Shown here: one piece after another, positions 1 through 11,607 of the stretch
How the letters are laid out: each line of letters begins with the position of its first letter
Position numbering within the stretch: position 1 is the first letter of the stretch
Origin: Felis catus
Lineage: Eukaryota
Assembly: GCF_018350175.1 (NCBI RefSeq)
Contig: NC_058368.1
Span: forward strand, 13,392,001 to 13,456,000
Reading direction: 5' to 3'
DNA: 64,000 bases
Translations under genes and position numbers: made by a program
Notes under the pieces: model-generated
Told to the model about the DNA's origin: nothing
Database searches by the model: none
What the model saw: only the letters and a program-made list of their open reading frames with translations

Positions 1-632
1 AATTATCTTTCTCTTTTTTTTTTTTTTTTTTGAAATGTGATGGTTAGAGATTCATTCTTGTAGACTCTCCTCTTTCATCTAAGCAGCGCCTGGGAGGAGA
101 GTACCTGGGATCCCCTAATTCTTAGTCAAAAAATTAAGAAAATTATTTATTTACTTACTTATTTATTTATTTATTTACTTATTTTACTGAGCCTATATTA
201 TGTGCCACACATAATACCAGATGCTAGGGATAATTGAGATCAGTGTAAGTTAGTTGTTTTTACTGGAGAAAGAGAGTTGGTCATTCAGAGAACAGCAGGC
301 TTCTTTCTGGAAGGAAGGATGATTCAAAGGACAGGAGAGTGGGCACTCCTAAGAGAAGTGTGACCCTCAGGTCTGTCTTGATTTGACCCAACTTGCCTCT
401 CAGAGCTTATCACATTTATGAGCCAATGCTTCCATTTCCATTCAAAATCGTCCTTTGTCATTTCAACTTAGTGGAAAAACCCAAAGGCATTTTGAAGACC
501 AAATGTCCAGGTGCATATTTATTTTTAGAAGGAAATGGACCACATCTCATCCAGTCTGCAAAAAAAGAGTAGGCTATGACTCTGTGTACTGAAGCAGTGA
601 GCAGTACCTCAAGGTGGGCGAATCAAACTCAC

Positions 633-728
633 CAGTGAATGAGCAGCGGCCCCAATTTAGTTATTCTCTCCCAGAGACCACACAGCAAGTGCACTATACG
701 CGCAAAATTAGTGCTGACATCAAATGTA
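633..728 (-). other. Candidate 96-nt exon of an unidentified minus-strand gene
   Basis: The minus strand reads ttgtttttcctgccag|TACATTTG...ATTCACTG|gtgagt, i.e. a polypyrimidine tract with AG acceptor and a consensus donor. One frame is open (TFDVSTNFARIVHLLCGLWERITKLGPLLIH) but I do not recognise the peptide, so it may be 5'UTR. Confidence 0.5.
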
Positions 729-914
729 CTGGCAGGAAAAACAAAACCTCCTCTCAAGTTTTCTGACTTGGTTTGAACATCTATGAATGAAGAGCCCCTA
801 TTTGAATTTTTAAAACATATGGGATGCATGGTGATCTGTTTGCATTTTCCTTTTATTTCATCAGTAACTGAATGAAGTCAACTTTTAATGAGGCAGAATC
901 CTCTTTGTGAACAA

Positions 915-1570
915 ATAACAGCAATAATCACAGTTCCTGAGTACTTCTTCTGTGCCAGGTGCCGTTATAAGTGCTTTACAAGTTGGGAGTCAAGTCTCCC
1001 TGGGACACTCACATTGCTACACGTCTTGCAAGCAAGACTGACTGTCTTTGTTCTGGATTATTTTTTTTCCAAGATGTTTGTCTAGCAAACAGCTTTGGAA
1101 CATGGATATACTATCTTCCTCCAGAGCAAGGAGCATGCATGCTTACTGTCCAACATAATGTCTTCCTCTGGAACTGCTCCTGCCCATCCTAAGATTCAGG
1201 CTCCCTAAGCTCAGAGTTCTTCTGGAAGGCGGCCCATTGTGTGTGTGCAGGTGTTTTTGTGTTGCCCTGTGGAAACTGAGCTTGTGAAACCAGCATAAGA
1301 GAATACCGCTACTCTGGCTACTGCTTTTGCTATGAGTCAGAAAGTCCTTTGTCTCTGACCCGGGAGTCTCAAGTCTTCTACCAGCATGAGAAACAGCGGC
1401 AGGATAACTCATCAGATTACAGGTAGGGTAAAATCTGACTCTTCCCAGTTCCTGACAGAAGTAATATCTCATTTAATCCTCTGAACAACCTTAAACAGGT
1501 ACTATTATTGCCACCATTTCACAAATAAGGAAACTGATTAGATATATATTCTTCCAAGTCACAGGTAATC
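915..1570 (-). mobile_element. MIR SINE split by an LTR insertion
   Basis: MIR motifs 'tgtgccaggtgcc...aagtgctttaca' (to ~980) resume as 'tctcatttaatcct...ccatttcacaaataaggaaactga' after 1462. Confidence 0.7.
984..1457 (+). mobile_element. Solo ERV-L-class LTR (MER54/MER73/MER74-like)
   Basis: TG...CA ends with near 5-bp TSD caagt/gaagt. Internal 'aaagtcctttgtctctgacccgggagtctc' resembles this LTR group (from memory). Confidence 0.65.
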
Positions 1571-2237
1571 ACAGTTTTATCACTAAATTATATTGACATG
1601 TCCACAAGGGATCCTGAGATTGAAATTCTATCCTGAGAGAAACCTTGCTTTCTAAGAAGTATTGTCTCTTCCATATCTCCTTTTTAAATACTGCCAGTAC
1701 TGTTGGGAAGGGTAGTATACTAAGTTCTTTCTATCCCCAAACCTGATTATGAATTAGACCTAGCCTCAGAAGTAAGATGTTGACAGGTAGCAGAGAGATA
1801 CTGAAAGGAAAGATGAGAGACAGTGTTGCCTCCCTATTTTTTAGTGGGGCTGGCCCAGTACAGGCCTAGTTCTTTCCATCATGGAGAAGAGAAAGAGTTT
1901 GAGAAATCTATAGATAGAGTTCCTCCAGGTTTACAGAGATGAGTGTGTGGCTGAGAAGGTGATAGATCTACCTGTCCCTGGGGGCAGCCGTGCACTCGAT
2001 CATTCCATTGGCATGTTTCATAGTGCAAAGATGAAATAAATGTCACACCATCTGTGATGCCGAGAGGCCCAAATCCCTCGAAGTGTTGACATAAATAGGC
2101 ATCTGCCAGGAAGACATACAATTGGCTACTATTATTTTTTGTCTGAAATAACTTGTATAGTTTAATGCTCTCCTAAAATTCAGTACATGAACACTTCTGC
2201 ATAGATGCAGGTAGGCAAGGCATGATAGTGGACCTGA

Positions 2238-2243
2238 ATATAT

Positions 2244-2322
<79 letters not shown>
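2238..2322. repeat. Compound (TA)n(CA)n(TA)n microsatellite
   Basis: Directly visible dinucleotide arrays. Confidence 0.95.
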
Positions 2323-2324
<2 letters not shown>

Positions 2325-3894
2325 TATGTCTACTATGTCTGTCATTTCCAAGTCATTACAATTTAATACAAAATTAAGACAAGTACTCAAACAATAAAGC
2401 ATTGCAGAGTAGGGAATATATAGCATAAAGATAAACAAACCAACCCTGTCAGAGCTGAGATCAATAAGTATTACTGGGGGGCATGAGGCCGGGGACAAGA
2501 TCTGATTCTTTCTTAGAGGATGGATAGAGTTTTCACAGACAAGGATGAGGAGATAGAGGATTATATGTTGAAGGGACAATTTCAGCAAGTGATGGGGACC
2601 TGGTTGGGATTTGGGGAGAAACAAGTAGACCAGAGTATAAAGTACAGGAAGGTGATTAGTGAGAGAAGAGGCTGGAGAGAGAGAAGGTGGGGTCACATGG
2701 AGGAGATCCATTTTTGCTGGATGGGGGTTCAAGGTTGTATTCCAGTGGGATCTGGGGGCCACGGGGCACAAATTGGCCAGGAGTGGAACATAATCAGATG
2801 TTACCAAAACTTAAGGCTTATAAGAAGTGAAGGTTCTCATCTGTAAACTCAAACCTTGTGGAGAAAGCTCAGGGCAGACATTAACAAAACAAACAATTAT
2901 TATTTGCTAAGCAGAAAAAGAGTTCTTCTCTTTGGGGCGGGGGGACAGAGGGTGACTTTAGCTTTTGGTGTTGCTCACTTGGACTTGGCTCATTCTCTTA
3001 ATGTTCTCTTTCAAATGACATTAGCCAAGCATCTGTTATATTCTTACGTGAGTTTTTGGTCCCTTCCCAGAAGAATTAATAGTCCTTCAATTAACTACTA
3101 TGTAACAGTGCCAGGCACAAAGTAGGTACTCAATAAACATTTTAGTACATTATATTGAATGAAACATAAAAGTAAATTCTATCTCCAATAAGTCAAGACC
3201 AGATGCTAATGTTTGCAACAAGTATAAAATTTAGCAACACCATTCATTCTGTTTCTGGTTGGATGTCTTCATCCAGAGCTAATTATTTTAATAGTCTTGT
3301 CATAAATGCAAATGCATTTTTCCCAGCAAATGTATGTGACTTTAAAAATTATATTTAATACCAGAAATTCAAGTTTACTTTACACTTCCATGTGCCTGAG
3401 ACATCAATGCCAGACATATGACCCTGTTTAAACAAACAATAATTAACTAGTCACACAAATTGTAGTAAAAAGAACCAAATTTCAACAGTCTGATCATTTT
3501 CTCTTCCTGCTATTACGCGTTTTAGTTTGTATTTTTTCTTTATCAAGAGCATATATCTTTATGCATGTATACAGACCTCCAGAAATAGATAAGCAATATA
3601 GTTGTAAAGAAACCAAGGAAATTGTCAAGTCATAAACAGACTGTGAATCTATAGCATTCTTCATCATATTGATTAATGCAAAAGCATCAAGAATTACACG
3701 TCTTTGAATGCTGAAACCCATGCCAATAAAATGGTGAAACTGTTAAATCTTTGCAGACAGGTTGAAAATGTGATTCCTACAGTAACGTCTGTTGAAATTT
3801 TAAATAGCTTAATGAACTTGAAGGAGAGCAAAGATTCATTCTCAAGAGCATTAAAGTTATTTTATCTGCTGCGGATATTTAATTAATGACTTAC

Positions 3895-4100
3895 CTGATT
3901 TCCCCAAACTTTTAAAATCGGTGTTTTCACCACTGACTCCAGTGTCAGCTGACCTTGTCAGCTGCCTGCAGCAGGCAGACTCCTGGGGTCCACCACCCAA
4001 CAGCAAGTCGGGCCCTGCTCCTTGGCTCACAGCAAGGCTATTAAAGACTAAGGCAAACACGGACATCTTTGGATAGCTTGTGGTGTAGTTTGGAGGGTAA
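3895..4100 (-). other. Candidate exon (possibly an alternative first exon); 5' boundary undefined
   Basis: Perfect donor CAG|gtaagt (plus strand acttac at 3889-3894) in non-repetitive sequence. An ATG with A at -3 (4066) opens 57 codons to the donor (MSVFALVFNSLAVSQG...SLGKS); the peptide is not recognised. Confidence 0.5.
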
Positions 4101-5103
4101 GGAATCCCAAAATAAGCTGTATGTTTCCTTGTGGATGAATAATCCCTTTGAGAATATAGGGGAGGAGGAACAGGCAGGCCCTTGCATAATAGCAATAATT
4201 CTCCTTGCACCAGCAGAGTGGGAATCAGAATGGTCAGTAGACAGGTCTTGTTAGCCAGGAAAATCTAGGATTAAACCTTGCTTCCCAGTGGTGTGACTGT
4301 GAATGAGGAAGCTCACTTTCCTGAGTCTCAATCTTGCCATCTGTGAAACGGAGAGGACGAAGAGGCATATGTGACATGTATCGTTCTGGGGTATAAACAG
4401 CCTCAGATCTCAGTGCTGAAGCATGGTAGAGAACACAGCTTGGAGCTGGATCTCTAGGACAGGCAGTAGCCGCAAGCCCCCGGGAGCCGGCAAGTTGTAG
4501 CCCAACCTAAATTATGACGGGTTATTTCAGCTGTTAATGCAGAGTCTGGACCTTCGTTTTCACCATTAGCTTTGCCCACACTTCTATTTGCTACCTTTGG
4601 AGAACACTTGACAGTGGAAGGAGACAAAGGGAATATTGGAAAAGGAGGAGAAGGAGGCCATGTGAAGGAAAGGTACAGACCATAAAAACCTACTTGTCTT
4701 CCTGCATGAGCTTCATTTTCTCCTCTTTTGAAGGATGTTTATTTCAGGTACATGAGTTATATGTATTAGAAATGTCAGAAACAAGAATGCATTGGTGATT
4801 TAAATGTTTTATATGAGTGCTTATCCATGCAGTTCTTTGCAGATGAACTGACAGGTCCTTCAAAATCTAGATGAGTTAAGCTTAATGCTTTTTCTTGAAG
4901 TAACTATCATTTGGACTGATTTTTGCTTCAGTGAAAAATGACTATCAGTAATGTTTATTCCATCATTTCAATATTTTAATTATGTGTTTATTTAATATTT
5001 CCTAGAGTGAATTTATTAACAAAACATATTAAATAAAAAGGTATGCTTTATCTGAGCACAACATAAGAATTTTTGATAAATCATCATATATCTAGGGTAT
5101 TTT

Positions 5104-5135
5104 CTTTTTTCAAAAATTTTTAATGTTTATTTATT

Positions 5136-5182
<47 letters not shown>

Positions 5183-5343
5183 GAGGGGGAGGGGCAGAGA
5201 GAGAAGGAGACACAGGATCTGAAGCAGGCTCCAGGCTCTGAGCTATCGGCACAGAGCCCGACGCAGGGCTCGAACCCACAAACCGTGAGATCATGACCTG
5301 AGCTGAAGTGGGACGCTTAACCCACTGAGCCACCCAGGCGCCC
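5104..5343 (-). mobile_element. CanSINE (SINEC)
   Basis: tRNA-like head, (CT)n tract and A-rich tail; TSD tctagggtatttt at 5091 and 5345. Confidence 0.95.
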
Positions 5344-5549
5344 TTCTAGGGTATTTTAAATGAACTTTTAGGAATCCAGTTTTCTCTATAATTAGATTTG
5401 ATAGAACTGCTTTTTTATAGCGGCTCAATAAACAGAGAGCTACACCCTGATGGGGGCTCTGTGGCTGTGTGCAAACATACTATGTGAGTATGTGTGTGTG
5501 TGTTGAGAAGAAGAGGGGGCTTCCCCAGAGCAGGAAATGGAAAGGCATA

Positions 5550-5765
5550 GGGGTACCTGGGTGGCTCAGTCCGTTAAGTGTCTGACTTCGGCTGAGGTCA
5601 TGATCTCATGGTTCGTGGGTTTGAGCCCTGCATCAGGCTCTGTGCTGACAGCTCAGAGCCTGGAGCCTGTTTCAGATCTTGTGTCTCCCTCTTTCTCTGC
5701 CCCTCCCTCGCTTATGCTCTCTCTCTGTTTCTCTGTCTCTCAAAAATAAACATTAAAAAAAAAAA
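5550..5765 (+). mobile_element. CanSINE (SINEC)
   Basis: Begins ggggtacctgggtggctcagtc and ends in an A-tail; TSD aaatggaaa(g/a)gcat. Confidence 0.95.
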
Positions 5766-5870
5766 TGGAAAAGCATTGCTGTGCCGGGCAGCAAAACTAC
5801 AAAGGCCTACCCTGCCATTCAGTGATCCTTGGCAGCCAGAAGCTGGGCAAAGACCAATTTTTAATATCAC

Positions 5871-5936
5871 TTTTTTTTAAAGTTTATTTATTTTGAGAGA
5901 GAGAGAGAGAGAGAGAGAGCACAAGCAGGGGAGGAG

Positions 5937-5974
<38 letters not shown>

Positions 5975-6106
5975 CAATCCCAAGGCAGGCTCCATGCTGT
6001 CAGTGCAGAACCCAACACGGGGCTTGAACTCATGAACCATGAGATCAAGACCTGAGCTGAAACCAAGAATCAGACGCTTAACCGACTAAGCCACCCAGGT
6101 GCTCCT
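5871..6106 (-). mobile_element. CanSINE (SINEC)
   Basis: Reverse-complement SINE head at ~6106, with (GA)n and T-rich tail. Confidence 0.95.
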
Positions 6107-6424
6107 TAAATACCGCTTTTAATAGCACTGAATGGTACACTTAACGGTGGCTGAGATGATAAACCTTATGTGTATTTTACCCCAATAAAAACAATTGAAA
6201 AGAAAAACGAAGTCCCAGCCTCACTGAGGCCTGTAGCTGAAAAGGGAGGAGAGTTTAATAGTCTTTTGAGTAATTGTAGATATCCCGTCCCCTGAACCAA
6301 AACTCAACAAGTGATTTCCTACGGGTTAGTGGCAAAGTAGAATCTGAAGCCTTACCAATAAAGTTTTTGTATCCTATTGGGTTAGAAAAAGTCTCTGAGA
6401 TGGCTCGTAAAGGACCTATAAATC

Positions 6425-6835
6425 TGTGTTGCCCCCTCTGGTAGCCACCAGCCGTGTCTGGCCTTTGAGCACTTGAAATGTGGCCAGCGAGACGGAAGAA
6501 TAAAATTTTGTTGTTTCATTTCAATTTATTTAAATTTGACTTTAAAAAACGTAAACTTGATTCAGCTACTGGAAACATTTTAAGTATGTTTGGATCAACT
6601 TGGATATGACACCTACTCTTTCAACTATTACTGCTATGAAACCCAAGTACACACAAAGGTGTCCCTAACGAAAGTGAAATGTTTTAGTTGAGATGCCCTG
6701 CTAAGTATAAAATACACCCTGAATTCGAAAGCCTTAGTAGAAATAACATAAAATATCTCAATGATTTCCAATATCAATTGCATATTAAAATACTAATATT
6801 TTAGATACATTGGTTGGAATAAAATACATTACTCA
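6425..6835. mobile_element. hAT-Charlie DNA transposon relic (Charlie1/MER33-like)
   Basis: 'gtagccaccagcc...ttgagcacttgaaatgtggc' and 'gtataaaatacacc...aatattttagatacattgg' are typical of this family. Confidence 0.75.
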
Positions 6836-6892
6836 AAAAATTTGTTTTAAGTTTTTCTAAAGGAACAGCGAAGGACACATTATTCAGTTGAT

Positions 6893-7134
6893 TCTTTTTT
6901 TAATTAATTTATTTATTTTGAGAGAGAGAGAGAGAGAGACAGAGCATGTGAGAAGGGGAGGGAAAGAGAGAGAGAGAGGGAGAGAGACAGAATCCCAAGC
7001 AGGCTGTGCACGGGCAGCCCAGAGCCAGATGCAGGGCTTTAACCCACTAACCACGAGATCATGGCATGAGCCGGAATCCAGAGTCGGGAACGCCGGCATC
7101 TGATGCTTAACCAACTGAGCCACGCAGGCGCCCC
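6893..7134 (-). mobile_element. CanSINE (SINEC) with a small insertion in the head
   Basis: SINE structure with flanks gttgattctt / ggtgattctt. Confidence 0.9.
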
Positions 7135-7989
7135 TCCGGTGATTCTTAAAGTAAGGAATCTCCCTAGAGGTCCCTACGTTGTATTTTACTCAGAAAAGAA
7201 AGGAACAAGAATCATTCCCATTGGAAAAATGAATCAGCAGAGGGTACAGAACATATTAGGTGTAGATGTCTGCATCTCAAGAAATACATTAGCAATGATC
7301 ACCCTCAACAGAAGGGTGAGAGGTAGAAATAATAGCATCGAAAGGAAGATGTCCATTTTCAAAGTACTCTTCAGATGTTAACTCATTTTGCATTGTTACA
7401 ATACTGTATTACAGAAAGACAATCTGCAACTTACTGATGAGAGACATTCATCAGAGCAAAAAAAATAAAATAAAAAGCTCCACGATCCATAAATGTGTGT
7501 GACCATATATATGCATGTATAGATTATATATATTATAGTATATATGACAATATATACTTTTATCAGAGCCTTAGTGGAAGCTCAGAAGTTTCTACATTCT
7601 GGTTTCTTATCTGTTTGTTAAATCTATTTATGTCTGGTTTTGCTAATAATCTGGAAATTACTAGGTAAATTTGAACAATCTATAGAGTCAAACTGATGAT
7701 TTACATCACAGCAAACATTCTAAGGCCTGAAAGGTCAGCCTCTCTGCACAGATTATTTTAAAAATCAGGGTTTCTAGACTTTTATTACAGTATAGACAGA
7801 AACCAATGTGCATATTTATAAGGGTGATTTCATCAAAGCTGCTGTTTCTAAGCCACATGCAGCCAATGCTAAAAGATCAGATGGCTCACACAAAAATCAT
7901 AGATGAAATCCATAGATCATCCGCAAACCTCATTTCAGCCAATGATTTTAGTTTCTTCCCTCAGCAGATCTCTTATGAGAGCTGCTAAG

Positions 7990-8560
7990 AGGCTGATTGG
8001 AATTTTATATCCTCTCCACTCTCCGCTAATAAGCGATGAAACGGCCAAAGCACAGCACACAGGAGAAAAAGGAGAAGCAAGGGCACGGGAAACCCTCCGG
8101 CTTCATAATCGCGTTCGGAATAATCACACAGAGCGCTTTCCCCACCCTCTCCAGCAAAACCCCGCGCAAACTGTGAAACCCGGATGCTACACGCACACCT
8201 GTTCTGAAATTGCTCAACAGACTGTATTAGGAGGTTAAATCGAAGCCTGATTTGCTGGCACTGCTAGTCAGATTCCCCTGGGAGTATTAGTTAACTTTGA
8301 AACATATTTCCATGGCAACTAGTTTAAAAATATACTAGAATGTCCAGCCTCTTGCGTTATGAGGACCGGAAAAATCCGAATGGCCTCTCAGAGGCCTCAG
8401 AGATATTGCCTGCCGAGAGAGGGACTCCAAAGCCATGATGATAAGAGCGAGGGCACCCAAGGCGCAGGACAATCATGGAGTCCTGGGCAGGCGCGGGGGA
8501 GGGGGCGGCGGGGAGTGGGGTGGGAGGGTTGCACCCTACCCCTTTCAGGTCGCTGGCCTA
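7990..8560 (-). promoter_or_regulatory. Putative promoter / first-exon region
   Basis: Local CpG enrichment at 8020-8240; CCAAT box ctgattgg at 7993; X-box-like ATTTCCATGGCAAC at 8306-8319; G-rich GC boxes at 8485-8530; possible donor CAG|gtgtgc at 8199. Strand is inferred from the splice signals. Confidence 0.55.
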
Positions 8561-8674
8561 GTTGGTTGGATTTGACATAGTCACCATTTCATGAGGCAAA
8601 CCTCCTCCACCTTCTTCTTGAGCTTTTCCAAACCCAGCCCTGCAGCTGGAAATCTCACCTTCTGCCCTCTCTAG

Positions 8675-8735
8675 TTTTTTTTTTCTTTTCTTTTCTTTTT
8701 TCTTCTTTTCTTTTCTTTCTTTTCTTTTCTTTTTT
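8675..8735. repeat. Polypyrimidine (T/TTTC) low-complexity tract
   Basis: Directly visible. Confidence 0.9.
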
Positions 8736-9517
8736 AAGATCTCTGCCCTAGATGTTAAAGTCAATCAGAGTATGATTGCTTCAGAGGCAAGGGACAAAAC
8801 CCTATTTGCTCTGGAACAAATTACTCAGGTATCCTTTATTTCTCAACCATCTGGCCTTTTCATAATTTCCATGGCAGTTTGGGTTGAGGCTTAACCTTGG
8901 GCTGAGGCTTAATGCAGGGACTCTGGCACTCCTGAATTCTTAACCTTTTATTAAGAGAAATTGTGAATTTTCTGTAGAGGTGGCTGTTAGGAAAAGACCC
9001 ACAGTGATCCTCTCTCAGGGCCATGTTGTCGCATTAGTAGTTCGTAGCTAGTTCTTCACTTCCAAGAAACTCAGCACATTCCCGGGTATTCTCTATAATC
9101 TCCCCAAGATGTAGATCTAAGTATCACCAATTCTAGATTTCTCAGGCTGGTGGGGGGAAAGACAACTTGTAAACCTTGGACCAGAGCTAGGTCTGTACAC
9201 GGATTGCATTGCTGCCCAGGCCCTACAATACGGTGATTTTGGCTACAGCAATAGGGACCGCCTACACAAACGCATCGTCTCTCCTGAGATGCTAGATTCT
9301 TACTGCTTCAGTTTGAGACATCATCTACTAAATGAGACGTGCATCTGCAAGCATCAAGCCCTTTTTTGAATTAGGGCAAGGTAGGTATAAAACAATGATG
9401 AAAACAATACTCAAAAGAGTTCAGAAATATGTCAGTAGATCAGGAGACTTACCGTGCAAGTCAAAGGTAGGCCCTGAGATACTGGGGCAAGAACGTTTTA
9501 TTGAAGGGGATGTGGGG

Positions 9518-9985
9518 GGAGCGCCTGGGTGGCTCAGTCAGTTAAGCATCCAACTTGGGCTTAGGTCATGGTCTCACGGTTGGTGAGTTTGAGCCCAGCA
9601 TCGAGTTCTGCGCTGACAGCCTGGAGCCTGCCTCTGATTCTGTGTCTCCCTCTCTCTTTGCCCCTCCCCCACTCACACTCTGTCTCGCTCTCAAAAATAT
9701 ATAAACATTTTAAAACAGATTTAAAAAGAAAACAATTTTAGGGGTGCCTGGGTGGCTCAGTTGGTTAAGCGTCTGACTTCAGCTCAGATCAGGATCTTGT
9801 GGTTCATGGCTTGTAGGGCCACGGCAGGCCCTGTGCTGACAGCTCAGAGCCTGGATGGAGCCTGCTTCAGATTTCTGTGTCTCCCTCTCTGCCCCTCCCC
9901 CACTTGCACTCTGTCTCTATCTCTCTGTCTCTCTCTCAAAAATAAATAAACAGTAAAACATTTTTTTAAGAAGAAATAAGTCAAA
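9518..9985 (+). mobile_element. Two tandem CanSINEs (~9518-9730 and ~9741-9985)
   Basis: Two heads 'gcctgggtggctcagt', each followed by a CT tract and A-tail. Confidence 0.93.
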
Positions 9986-11607
9986 AAATTGAAAGAAAAG
10001 AAAGAGACATGGGGGATAAAATGATCTAGAATTTAAAAGAACAGGTCCAGGTTGGGTCCTCACACAGCAGGATCTATAAGGTTGGGAGGGAGACTCCACA
10101 ATGGTCTTCTAAAAGAAGGAAATGTTACCTCAAACACTGCCGGGGACTGAGTTTGCATGGGTTTTCTGTATACTCTCTCTGATTTAGGCCACATCAATAT
10201 GTGGCTGGTGTCCATTGCAGCTATCTTCATGATGAAAATTGATCACCATCATAGATCACTCATTCATTCAGCAATCCTTATTGATCATTAAATGGCTGGA
10301 ATTAATAGATTAGCCAATTGAAGGTCTATTCATTTAATGTGCATGGGCATAGACAGTGAGTCTATGGGGAGCCTAAGACTTGGATTTCCCAGTATTGTGT
10401 AGTGCCCCATGCTTCTGGGTATTTTTATATGAGACCGTATATTCTTCTGTGTTTGTATATAATCAAACTGACGTGTAGGTATCCAGAAAACTTGCATTAA
10501 TTTGAACACCAATCTGGAAACTGATGTAGTTCAGAGGCAGCTGTGGTGAAACTTCTTTTTGGATTAGCTATAAAGCCCTTATTAATTGTACACACAGAAT
10601 TTCAAGGAGAATGTGTAACATGCTTATAAGAGGAAAATAGTCTTAAGCAATTCAAGATTCCAATTTCAAATGATTGATATACCAGTTAAAAAGCATTCCC
10701 TTTTTTTTCAAACAAGCTATTCCTATTAGTTTATCAAAACAAGTCTGCTTAGAACATTTACTAAACACGCTTGTTTATCTGGATTCTAGTATAATGTGTC
10801 CTTGGATAGTGGGGAACCCAGCTTAATGTTCACTGAAGTCCACAGCTTGGACTGGGAAGAGTGGACATGTGAGCTGGGCTGCTGGGGAGGACCTACCAGT
10901 TCATTTATCTGGGCTGACTCTTTGAGGGATCTTAGCCGGAAAGAACCCACAATGAAACAGTGGGTGATGGGAGGGACAGAAACATGTGTCTCTTAGAATC
11001 TACTTCCCTGGCAGCCTAATGGATATTATTTAAAGACTGAGGAGAACAGGGTGGTAGAAGAAATCTGAAAGAGCTTTTTGCAGTAGTGATTCTATAAAGC
11101 ATCTGGCTTTTATGTCCTTAGATGACTCATTAGGTGATGAAATCGAGGGAACGGTAAGGAGAAAAGTCTCCCTTCTTCATGAAGTACCCATGAGTTCACA
11201 TCACTGGTGAATTTGGGGAGAAAAACAAGGTGGCTGCCATTTGGGGGTAGTGAGGATGTGTTCATGAGGGCATGGGATTCATAAATGTGAGAGTCCCAGA
11301 TATAATCACAGGTAGGGGACCATGTGGGGACTAGAAAAGGTTTTTGGGGATATAGGGGAGTAGAGCTTAAGGATTCAGTCCATATGGCTTCTTACAATTA
11401 AAGTGGCATGATTTATATCCATAATTGATACGCCACAGAAAATGTGAGCTATCCCTGAAAATAATGAAACTAAATTTCTTTTAAAAACTATTTGGAAGGC
11501 GTATAATATAGTAAACAAAGGCATAAGCTTTGGATCAAAACTGAATTTAGGTTCCGACTGTCAATTATTATCTGCACGACTTTGGACAAGTTACTTAATG
11601 TGGAGAC

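Noticed and set aside
2043..2807. 254-aa minus-strand ORF, the longest in the window
   Set aside because: It runs through the (TA)n/(CA)n microsatellite (IYIYIY), has no recognisable domain and no splice support.
5127..5333. Recurrent 'MAQ(W/S)VKRPTSAQVMISR...' ORFs here and at many other positions
   Set aside because: These are translations of CanSINE copies, not a gene family.
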